The notes under the pieces are model-generated. The model saw only the letters and a list, made by a program, of their open reading frames with translations, ran no database searches and was not told the DNA's origin. From Octopus vulgaris (taxonomy: Eukaryota): a stretch of DNA of 64,000 nt. The position numbers and the translations under genes were made by a program. This document shows positions 12,917 through 24,900 of this stretch, one piece after another. Position 1 is the first letter of the stretch. Every line of letters begins with the position of its first letter. The stretch is taken from positions 1,240,001 through 1,304,000 of the forward strand of contig OX597838.1 in NCBI GenBank assembly GCA_951406725.2, read 5' to 3'.

Positions 12917-15900
12917 ATGCATACATACATACATATATCCTTATTTATTCTGTTGTGCAACTTTATTCTGAAGAATGTTAGTCAAGTTCTGTTGGGGAAC
13001 ATTTAATCTGTTGATTCTTTGATTTCAGGAGATCCAGTTTGGCTGAGAGGTATTACTTCTGTGAATGCTTTCTTATTCTTATATATATGTATATATGTAC
13101 TTTTGTGTTCTTTCTGACCAGATTCTTATCACTGTTGTTATTATTATTGAGTGAGAGAGCATTGCATGCCATGAAAGTGACACTGGGGTACAAATAAATG
13201 AGGTCCAAATGCTGTTGTTATTAATATTAAGGTGGTGAGCTAGCAGAGTCATTAGCTGAACAAAATGCTTAGCTACATTTCATCCATCTTTATATTCTAA
13301 AACCAAATTTTGATGAGGTCAAGTTTGCTTTTCATCCTTTTCGGAGTCTATAAAATAAATACCAGTCAAATACTGGGGTCACTATAATCAACTCTTCTCC
13401 AGCCCCTAAAAAACTGCTGGCTCTCTGCCAAAATTCGATATTATTATTATTAAGGCAGTGAGCTGGCAGAATCGTTAGCATGCTGGGCAAAATACTTAAC
13501 GGCATTTCGTCTGACTTTAATGTTTTGAGTTCAAATTCTGTTGAGGTTGACTTTCCCTTTCATCCTTTTGGGGTCTGAAACACTGGGATCAATGTAATCA
13601 ACCCTCCCCCAAAATTTCAGGCCTTGTGCCTATAGTAGAAAGGATTATTATTATCATCAAGGTGGCGAGTGGGCAGCATTGTTGGCACGTTGGCAAATGC
13701 TTAACCCTGAATTTTGTCTGACTTTATGTTCTGAGTTCAAATTCTGCCTAGGTCGACTTTGCTTTTCATCCTTTTGGGGTCGATAAAATAAGTACCAGTT
13801 GAGTACTGGGGTGAATGTAGCTGATGTACCTACTCCCCACCGAATTTCAGAAAGGATTATTATTTATTGTTTTTATTATTTGTATTGTATTGTACGTGCT
13901 GTTGTTACTTTTCTTCAATGTTGTTTTTTACTAACAACAAACACAACAGCAACAACTCTGGAAATATTTATAGCTAATTACAAAATAACTGCCAACTCAA
14001 GTCCACACACGGCATCAACACAGTAAGAAAACTACAACAGAGAGATGACATGAGCCATACACGAAGAGTGTGCAAATCCCTTAGTCTACAAAGCCCCACC
14101 TTCTATCCATTTATTAATGTGATAGGGTTTATAACCAAAACATTTGGAGGAATGAATGGCGGAAGTTCGATTGTTGATAATTCATAAACCCGAGACAATC
14201 AAATTATTGGGGGACAATAAGAATGTGCAAGACCTTTAAATTTGAAAGTTGTATGGGTGTCCGATGGATGACAAAGCCAACAAGATGACCCTCTTATTTC
14301 CCCCTCCTCCCCGGCATTGTCACTGAGCAGGTGAATGGTCGAAATAAACTCTAAAATATGAATGAAGAAGAGAAAAACTTATATTTGAAGTTGAGTCTTT
14401 AAACATTTTTAAACAAATAAATCTAAATGAATCCCAGTGCATTTTCAGCTTTTTTTAAAATATATTTCTACCTGTGTGAAATAAAATAACTTTGTTTTAT
14501 ATATATATACTATCAATACACCCCAGTGTTGCCCAGAAGTTATGCCCACATGGTTCTGGGTTCAATCCCACTGCATGGCACTTTGGGCAAGTTTCTTCTA
14601 CTATAGCCTCGGGCAGACCAAAGCCTTGTGAGTGGATTTGGTAGACGGAAACTGAAAGAAGCTCATTGTATACATGAAGAAAGCCTTTGACAGGGTCCCC
14701 CGATCCCTTATCTGGTGGTCAATGAGGAAACTAGTGATAGATGAATGGTTAGTGAGAGCTGTGCAAGCCATGTACAGGGATGCTGTCAGTAAGGTGAGGG
14801 TTGGCAACGAGTACAGTGAAGAATTCAGGGTAGAGGTAGGGGTCCACCAAGGTTCAGTCCTCAGCCCCCTCCTATTTATCATAGTCCTCCAGGCAATAAT
14901 GGAGGAATTCAAGACAGGATGCCCCTGGGAGCTCCTCTATGCTGATGACCTTGCTCTAATTGCTGAGTCACTATCAGAACTAGAGAAGTTTCAAGTGTGG
15001 AAACAAGGATTAGAATCGAAGGGCCTTAGAGTCAACGTAGCTAAAACCAAAGTCCTAATAAGTAGTAAGGCAGACAAACCACAAATCCCTTCAGGTAGAT
15101 GGCCCTACTCGATCTGTAGAAAAGGCGTAGGTAGAAACTCTATAAGATGTACCCAGTGTAAGCTATGGACACATAAGAGGTGCAGCAATATCAAAGGAAG
15201 GCTAACTGGGAAGATAGATTTTGTATGTGGCAGATGCTCAGGAGCAATAAATAACACTGAAAATGTGCAGAGAACAACTTCCGCCACATTCCAGGGAAAA
15301 AAAACTAGAAGTAGTTGATAGGTTCTGTTACCTAGGTGACCAAGTCAGTAGCAGCGGGAGGGTGCACTGAAAATGCTAGAATAAGAATAGCCTGGGCAAA
15401 GTTCAAAGAACTCTTACCTCTGCTGGTAACAAAGGGCCTCTCGCTCAGAGTAAAAGGTTTTTCTCCAAACCATTTTGTTCTGTATGCCTAATGAATTAGG
15501 TAGTCACATGACCATTTAGTCAATATTTCAGCTGTTGTTGTTATTATTTTTGTAATCACAATACTTTTCTCTATTTCTTTCTTTTTTTCTTCTTATTCCT
15601 TATCACAGTCATTTTTTTTTTTTATTATTCTGCCTTCACCCCATCTTCCTCAAAATATTTTCATACCAAATTTGTGTGATCTTTAATTGCATGTTGTGTC
15701 CTTTCAACGTACATTATTACTATTGCAGTGTCGTAAGTACAGTGTGAGTCTGTCCCTCAATCATTGTTGTACTTTGAGACTGTTATTGTAGAACATTTGT
15801 GTGAACCCTAAACTGAAACTTTGAAACTGTTCCAGGGCAAATGATGATTGTTTTGGGTGACTGTCCTCTATGGTGATCTAAAATTTAAACTTGTGCACAC

Positions 15901-18900
15901 ACACATGCACATGTATACTTTAACTCATTTCCTATGTAATCTCTCTGAAATATTAAAGATCTAAACTTATTATCAGTTTAAATATGTTTGGGGTATATTT
16001 AACAAACGTGTAAGAATGCCTTTCACTGCATTTTCTTGCTGTTGACAAGAAATTTTCTCCATGACAAAATACAGTGAATGACCTTTACTATGGATTCGAA
16101 TGTGCCTCAAGCATATTTTCATCTTGTAGCAAGTTTGTATTCATCTACATCATTGCTTAGTGTGGTCACCTTGTATTTTCAAGATCTAAGTTTAAAACAG
16201 TCTCCAAGTAAGATGCTGCCCTTTTTAAACCCTTTGGCATTCAGAGTATTCTATCAAATGTAACATTTATTTATCCACACGTTTTTGAATTTATCCAGCA
16301 TTATCTTGTAATTTTGAGATTTCAATTGTGTGACTACTGTATATTTTTTAGAACTAGCATTGTAGGGTAGGTTAGAGAGACTGGATCTGGCCAGTTTGGT
16401 CGTAAAACAGGAAGAATATTTGGGTCAGTTTAAATGCTGAAGAGTTGATTTCTGACATGCTGAATGGGTTTAGATCTACAAAGAGATAACTTAGGGGACA
16501 ATGTAATAAATTTGGTAGACAGTATGGCCAACATTGAAACACATTTGGCAGAGAGTAGAACACATTTATTATTTATTTATGTGGAGTTTATATTTTATCT
16601 GTGTGGTATTTTTGTTAACTTCCAGGCAGGATATTGACCATGAGTTAGACAAGCACCGGCGAACTAGTTTTGACCATATCTCTGAACCAGTACACAAGCT
16701 GTCTATACAGGTATGTTGTCTCCAATCATTTTGTGTGTGTGTGTGTGTTTTCATATATATTAACATGAAGAAAGCTATGAAAAGGGACAGTGGCTACATG
16801 TGAGAAGTGTGCTTAGCTTTCTCGGCTTCTCTGAGTGGATTCACATTTACTTTTAAAGGCATGGGTTAATGTGGAATCTCTATATAGTTACTCGATCTGC
16901 AAGAAATAGTAGCTAAGTCTTCCTTAACACTTTATAATATTAAAAAAAGGACACATTTAATGTCACCTTTAATCCTAGGTTCATTGAACTTGCAAATGAA
17001 TGGCAATAACAACAAATAAACATGTTTTAGAGATAAAAATATTTTCTTTTCCACATTTTGCACTTAATTTCCCTTATTTTTGTATATTTTGATGTAGTAT
17101 TTTTAGAGTAAAAAGGACAGTATTAAAATCTGTATATAAACTAGTGTTATTGGGGAGAGCAAGGGCCATACTCGGAACATTTGTTTAATGAGAAACAAGG
17201 GCAATCCCTTAAAATTGTGTATAAACAAATGTTATGGAGAACAGCACAGATCAAGCTCTACAACCCATGTATGTTCTAATGTTGTTGAAGGCCATTAATA
17301 GAATCCTATGTATATACTACGAGGTTACTCAGGTGAGTAAGAGTGGTTTAAAAGCTTTTCTGGTCCCTCAACACTTGTTAGTTTCATGCAGTTCATCGTT
17401 TCTTTGTATTTACAATTTGATGAAAACTCTCTTTTACTACTACAAATACCAATCACTTAATAAGGTCATTGCTGGTTAGTTCATGTTCGTGCAAGCCCCA
17501 TGTGTTGGTGTTAGTCCCTGTTTTGGTGTTAGTCCCATGTGTTCGTGTTAGCCCCATGTGTTGGTGTTAGTCCCAGTTTTGGTGTTAGTCTGTTTTGGTG
17601 TTAGCCCCATGTGTTTGTGTTAGACCCTGTTTTGGTGCTAGCCCCATGTGTTGTATTAGTGCCTGTTTTGGTGTTAGTCCATATTTCGGTGTTAGCCCCA
17701 TATGTTGGTGTTAGTCCCTGTTTTGGTGTTAGCCCCATGTGTTGGTGTTAGCCCCATGTGTTGGTGTTAGTCCCTGTTTTGGTGTTAGCCCCATGTGTTG
17801 GTGTTAGTCCCAGTTTTGGTGTTAGCCCCTGTTTTGGTGTTAGCCCCATGTGTTGGTGTTAGTCCCTGTTTTGGTGTTAGCCCCATGTGTTGGTGTTAGT
17901 CCCTGTTTTGGTGTTAGACCCTGTTTTGGTGTTAGTCCCTGTTTTGGTGTTAGCCCCATGTGTTTGTGTTAGTCCCTGTTTTGGTGTTAGTCCCAGTGTT
18001 GGTGTTAGTCCCTGTTTTGGTGTTAGCCCCTGTTTTGGTGTTAGTCCCTGTTTTGGTGTTAGCCCCATGTGTTTGGTGTTATCCCCATGTGTTGGTGTTA
18101 GTCCTGTTTTGGTGTTAGTGCAATCCCATGTGTTGGTGTTAGCCCCTGTTTTGGTGTTAGCCCCTGTGTTGGTGTTAGTCCCTGTTTTGGTGTTAGCCCC
18201 ATGTGTTTGTGTTAGTCCCAGTTTTGGTGTTAGTCCCTGTTTTGGTGTTAGCCCCATGTGTTGGTGTTAGTCCCGATTTTGGTGTTAGCCACATGTGTTT
18301 GTGTTAGACCATGTGTTGGTGTTAGTCCCAGTTTTGGTGTTAGTCCCTGTTTTGGTGTTAGACCCTGTTTTGGTGTTAGCCCCATGTGTTGGTGTTAGTC
18401 CCTGTTTTGGTGTTAGTCCCATGTGTTCGTGTTAGCCCCATGTGTTGGTGTTAGTCCCAGTTTTGGTGTTAGTTCAATGTTTTGGTGTTAGCCCCATGTG
18501 TTGGTGTTAGTCCCTGTTTTGGTGTTAGCCCCATGTGTTTGTGTTAGTGCCTGTTTTGGTGTTAGTCCATGTTTTGGTGTTAGACCCATGTGTTGGTGTT
18601 AGTCCCTGTTTTGGTGTTAGCCCCATGTGTTGGTGTTAGTCCCAGTTTTGGTGTTAGTCCCTGTTTTGGTGTTAGTCCCTGTTTTGGTGTTAGTCCCTTG
18701 TGTTTGTGTTAGTCCGTTTTGTTGTTAGTCCCAGTTTTGGTGTTAGTCCCTTTTTTGGTGTTAGTCCCTGTTTTGGTGTTAGCCCCATGTGTTGGTGTTA
18801 GTCCCAGTTTTGGTGTTAGCCCCATGTGTTTGTGTTAGACCCTGTTTTGGTGTTAGCCCCATGTGTTTGGTGTTAGTCCCTGTTTTGGTGTTAGCCCCAT

Positions 18901-21900
18901 GTGTTTGTGTTAGTCCCAGTTTTGGTGTTAGTCCCTGTTTTGGTGTTAGTCCCTGTTTTGGTGTTAGCCCCATGTGTTTGTGTTAGTCCCATGTTTTGGT
19001 GTTAGTCCCTGTTTTGGTGTTAGCCCCATGTGTTTGGTGTTAGACCCTGTTTTGTGTTAGCCCCATGTGTTGGTGTTAGTCCCTGTTTTGGTGTTAGTCC
19101 CATGTGTTGGTGTTAGCCCCATGTGTTGGTGTTAGACCCTGTTTTGGTGTTATCCCCATGTGTTGGTGTTAGTCCCTGTTTTGGTGTTAGCCCCATGTGT
19201 TGGTGCTAGTCACAGTCTTGGTGTTAGTCCCTGTTTTGGTGTTAGCCCCCATGTGTTTGGTGTTATTCCCTGTTTTGGTGTTAGCCCCATGTGTTGGTTT
19301 AGTCCCGTTTTGGTGTTAGCCCCATGTGTTGTATTAGTCCTGGTGTTAGCCCGTTAGTCCCAGTTTTGGTGTTAGTCCCTGTTTTGGTGTTAGCCCCATG
19401 TGTTTGTGTTAGACCCTGTTTTGGTGTTAGCCCCATGTGTTGGTGTTAGTCCCTGTTTTGGTGTTAGCCCCATGTGTTGGTGTTAGTCCCATGTGTTGGT
19501 GTTAGTCCCTGTTTTGGTGTTAGCCCCATGTGTTGGTGTTACTCCCATGTGTTGGTGTTAGTCCCTGTGTTGGTGTTAGCCCCATGTGTTGGTGTTAGTC
19601 CCTGTTTTGGTGTTAGCCCCATGTGTTGGTGTTAGTCCCTGTTTTGGTGTTAGTCCGTTTTGGTGTTAGCCCCATGTGTTTGTGTTAGACTCTGTTTTGG
19701 TGTTAGCCCCATGTGTTAGTCCCTGCTTTGGTGTTAGCCCCATGTGTTGGTGTTAGTCCCATGTGTTGGTGTTAGTCCCTGTTTTGGTGTTAGCCCCATG
19801 TGTTGGTGTTAGTCCCTGTTTTGGTGTTAGCCCCATGTGTTGGTGTTAGCCCCATGTGTTGGTGTTAGCCCCATGTGTTGGTGTTAGCCCCATGTGTTGG
19901 TGTTAGTCCCTGTTTTGGTGTTAGCCCCCATGTGTTGGTGTTAGTCCCTGTTTTGGTGTTAGTCCCATGTGTTGGTGTTAGCCCCATGTGTTGGTGTTAG
20001 TCCCAGTTTTGGTGTTAGTCCCTGTTTTGGTGTTAGCCCCATGTGTTTGTGTTAGACCCTGTTTTGGTGTTAGCCCCATGTGTTGGTGTTAGTCCCTGTT
20101 TTGGTGTTAGCCCCATGTGTTGGTGTTAGCCTCATGTGTTGGTGTTAGTCCCAACTTTGGTGTTAGCCCATGTTTTGTGTTTGACCCTATTTTGGTGTTA
20201 GCCCCATGTGTTGTGTTAGTCCCGTATTTGTTGGTGTTAGTCCCTGTTTTGGTGTTAGCCCCATGTGTTGGTGTTAGTCCCTGTTTTGGTGTTAGCCCCA
20301 TGTGTTGGTGTTAGTCCCAGTTTTGGTGTTAGTCCCTGTTTTGGTGTTAGCCCCATGTGTTTGTGTTAGTCCCAGTTTTGGTGTTAGTCCCTGTTTTGGT
20401 GTTAGCCCCATGTGTTTGTGTTAGTCCCTGTTTTGGTGTTAGCCCCATGTGTTTGTGTTAGTGCCTGTTTTGGTGTTAGTCCATATTTCGGTGTTAGCCC
20501 CATGTGTTGGTGTTAGTCCCTGTTTTGGTGTTAGCCCCATGTGTTGGTGTTAGCCCCATGTGTTGGTGTTAGTCCCTGTTTTGGTGTTAGCCCCATGTGT
20601 TGGTGTTAGTCCCAGTTTTGGTGTTAGTCCCTGTTTTGGTGTTAGCCCCATGTGTTGGTGTTAGTCCCTGTTTTGGTGTTAGCCCCATGTGTTGGTGTTA
20701 GTCCCAGTTTTGGTGTTAGACCCTGTTTTGGTGTTAGTCCCTGTTTTGGTGTTAGCCCCATGTGTTTGTGTTAGTCCCTGTTTTGTTGTTAGTCCCAGTT
20801 TTGGTGTTAGTCCCTGTTTTGGTGTTAGCCCCTGTTTTGGTGTTAGTCCCTGTTTTGGTGTTAGCCCCATGTGTTGGTGTTAGACCCAGTTTTGGTGTTA
20901 GTCCCTGTTTTGGTGTTAGTCCCTGTTTTGGTGTTAGTCCCTGTTTTGGTGTTAGCCCCATGTGTTTGTGTTAGACCCTGTTTTGGTGTTAGCTCCATGT
21001 GTTGGTGTTAGTCCCTGTTTTGGTGTTAGTCCCTGTGTTGGTGTTAGTCCCGATTTTGGTGTTAGCCACATGTGTTTGTGTTAGACCATGTGTTGGTGTT
21101 AGTCCCAGTTTTGGTGTTAGTCCCTGTTTTGGTGTTAGCCCCATGTGTTTGTGTTAGACCCTGTTTTGGTGTTAGCCCCATGTGTTGGTGTTAGTCCCTG
21201 TTTTGGTGTTAGTCCCATGTGTTCGTGTTAGCCCCATGTGTTGGTGTTAGTCCCAGTTTTGGTGTTAGTCTGTTTTGGTGTTAGCCCCATGTGTTTGTGT
21301 TAGACCCTGTTTTGGTGCTAGCCCCATGTGTTTGTATTAGTGCCTGTTTTGGTGTTAGTCCATGTTTTGGTGTTAGCCCCATGTGTTGGTGTTAGTCCCT
21401 GTTTTGGTGTTAGCCCCATGTGTTGGTGTTAGTCCCAGTTTTGGTGTTAGTCCCTGTTTTGGTGTTAGACCCTGTTTTGGTGTTAGCCCCATGTGTTTGT
21501 GTTAGTCCCAGTTTTGGTGTTAGTCCCTGTTTTGGTGTTAGCCCCATGTGTTTGTGTTAGACCCTGTTTTGGTGTTAGCCCCATGTGTTTGTGTTAGTCC
21601 CAGTTTTGGTGTTAGTCCCTGTGTTTGGTGTTAGCCCCATGTGTTTGTGTTAGACTGTGTTTTGGTGTTAGTCCCATGTGTTGGTGTTAGTCCCAGTTTT
21701 GGTGTTAGCCCCATGTGTTTGTGTTAGACCCTGTTTTGGTGTTAGCCCCATGTGTTGGTGTTAGTCCCTGTTTTGGTGTTAGTCCCATGTGTTGGTGTTA
21801 GCCCCATGTGTTTGTGTTAGACCCTGTTTTGGTGTTAGCCCCATGTGTTTGTGTTAGACCCTGTTTTGGTGTTAGTCCCATGTGTTGGTGCTAGTCACAG

Positions 21901-24900
21901 TCTTGGTGTTAGTCCCTGTTTTGGTGTTAGCCCCCATGTGTTTGTGTTAGACCCTGTTTTGGTGTTAGCCCCATGTGTTGGTTTTAGTCCCAGTTTTGGT
22001 GTTAGCCCCATGTGTTTGTATTAGTGCCTGTTTTGGTATTAGTCCCAGTTTTGGTGTTAGTCCCTGTTTTGGTGTTAGCCCCATGTTTGTGTTAGACCGT
22101 GTTTTGGTGTTAGCCCCATGTGTTGGTGTTAGTCCCTGTTTTGGTGTTAGCCCCATGTGTTCGTGTTAGCACCATGTGTTCGTGTTAGTCCCTGTTTTGG
22201 TGTTAGCCCCATGTGTTGGTGTTAGTCACTGTGTTGGTGTTAGTCCCTGTGTTGGTGTTAGCCCCATGTGTTGGTGTTAGTCCCTGTTTTAGTGTTAGCC
22301 CCATGTGTTGGTGTTAGTCCCAGTTTTGGTGTTAGTCCGTTTTGGTGTTAGCCCCATGTGTTTGTGTTAGACTCTGTTTTGGTGTTAGCCCCATGTGTTA
22401 GTCCCTGCTTTGGTGTTAGCCCCATGTGTTTGTGTTAAACCCTGTTTTGGTGTTAGTCCCTGTTTTGGTGTTAAACCCATGTGTTGATGTTAGTCCCTGT
22501 TTTGGTGTTAGCCCCAGGTGTTGGTGTTAGCCCCATGAGTTGGTGTTAGCCCCATGTGTTGGTGTTAGCCCCATGTGTTGGTGTTAGCCCCATGTGTTGG
22601 TGTTAGTCCCTGTTTTGGTGTTAGGCCCATGTGTTGGTGTTAGTCCCTTTTTTTGGTGTTAGTCCCATGTGTTGGTGTTAGCCCCATGTGTTGGTGTTAG
22701 TCCCAGTTTTGGTGTTAGTCCCTGTTTTGGTGTTAACCCCATGTGTTTGTGTTAGACCCAGTTTTGGTGTTAGTCGCATGTGTTTGTGTTAGTGCCTGTT
22801 TTGGTGTTAGCCCCATGTGTTGGTGTTAGCCTCATGTGTTGGTGTTAGTCCCAGCTTTGGTGTTAGCCCCATGTATTTGTGTTTGACCCTATTTTGGTGT
22901 TAGCCCCATGTGTTTGTGTTAGTCCCTATTTTGGTGTTAAACCCATGTGTTGGTGTTAGTCCCTGTTTTTGTGTTAGCCCCATGAGTTGGTGTTAGCCCC
23001 ATGTGTTGGTGTTGGCCCCATGTGTTGGTGTTACTCCCATGTGTTGGTGTTAGCCCCATGTGTTGGTGTTAGTCCCATGTGTTGGTGTTAGCCCCATGTG
23101 TTGGTGTTAGCCCCATGTGTTGGTGTTAGTCCCTGTTTTGGTGTTAGTCCCTGTTTTGGTGTTAGCCCCATGTGTTGGTGTTACTCCTATGTGTTGGTGT
23201 TAGTCCCATGTGTTGGTGTTATCCCCATGTATTGGTGTTAGTCCCATGTGTTGGTGTTATCCCCATGTATTGGTGTTAGTCCCATGTGTTGGTGTTATCC
23301 CCATGTATTGGTGTTAGTCCCATGTGTTGGTGTTAGCCCCATGTTTTGATGTTAGCCCCATGTGTTTGTGTTAGACCCTGTTTTGTTGTTAGTCCCTGTT
23401 TTGGTGTTAACCCCATGTGTTGGTGTTAGCCCCATGTGTTGGTGGTAGTCCCTGTTTTGATGTTAGTCCCATGTATTTGTGTTAGTCCCTGTTTTAGTGT
23501 TAGCCCCATGTATTGGTGTTGGCCCCATGTGTTGGTGTTTGTTCCTGTTTTTGTTGTGTCCCCATGTGTTGGTGTTAGCCCCATGTCTTGGTGTTAGTCC
23601 ATGTTTTGGTGTTATCTCAATGTGTTGGTGTTAGCCCCATGTGTCGGTGTGAGTCTGTGTGTTCATGTTGGCTCTGTTTGATTAAGCAAATTATTACTTT
23701 ATCCAATACATCATTCTGTGAGACAGTAGAGTGTGATATGAGGCAGATTTTGATGCTTTTTCCGATAGAATGAGCAACTGTGTAGAAGCACCTATGGGAA
23801 ACGTGGATTTTCTTGTTTTGCTCAGTTTGCCTGTCTAGAAAAATTTACTCCTGTATCTTAGTCAAATGCACAACCCCATATCTGAAATGAAATTGGAACT
23901 GTTGACACACACATACACCTAACTCTACACACACATATACATGCAAAAAAAAAAACATATACACATACCTCAACATAGCTGTGTCTACAATATATGTCTA
24001 CATGCATATACACATGCACACGTATTTCTTGTGTGTTGTGTGATTAAACCCCTGTATATTACTGGTATATATTTGTGTTTCAGTCAAACCTTGGGATACC
24101 AATTAGTCGTCAGGTATCACAGATGTCTGTAATGACAGAAAATAGTCTTGAGGATGATGGATTGGAAGAAGGTAAGTATCTTGTCTAACATTAAAGTTGC
24201 AATTATATGCATGTGTATATCTGGTTGTGATGTTATGATGGTAGGATGTAGTATAATGTAAGTGCTGTTTAGCCCCCACTAATCCCACCTCTTAATCCAA
24301 CAAACGATACAAAAATGTGATCTAGCTGTTACCATTTTGGTTTTATTCAGCCACAATGTACCTTGGCACTACAACATCTAATGTGTTTCAAGATAGTTGG
24401 CTGTGATCTGAAGATTTGGCTCCTGCTTCCAGGTAGTTGAGTGGCCACATAGATGTTTCTTTGTGGAGCACATCTGTATAGAGAGCCAGTAATTCTGTCT
24501 GGAACAAGCTACACTAACAACATCTTGAATATATAATGTGTGTGTGTGCTAGATGTGATTTTAATTATTTTACAGTTCCGGACCCCAAAGCAGTGTTTCC
24601 TAAACCTTTCGTGCCAAATTGCAATATCGCCCTACTATTGACCAAAAAATGCTCCATCGCCCACACAACCCCTACCAACACTAAATCCCTTTGGAGAACC
24701 CCCCTCCCCACTGTATCATTTGACATTACATCATAGACTCATTGCCTGGTTAGTGCTGTTTGGACTAAATATGCATAGTTTACAAATCCCTTACTGTGGG
24801 TTTAGTTTTGTCATTAACGTGAATAAAATTGTAATGTTAGTTCTATATTATGAGGTAGTGAGTTCAATTCCTAGACCGGGCTGTATGTTGTGCTCTTGAG

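Noticed and set aside
17474-23660. CRISPR-like array or repetitive protein ORFs (GLTPKQ / VLVLVP repeats)
   Set aside because: No unique spacers, no cas genes, eukaryotic intron context. The ORFs are short by-products of the unit sequence with constant frameshifts.
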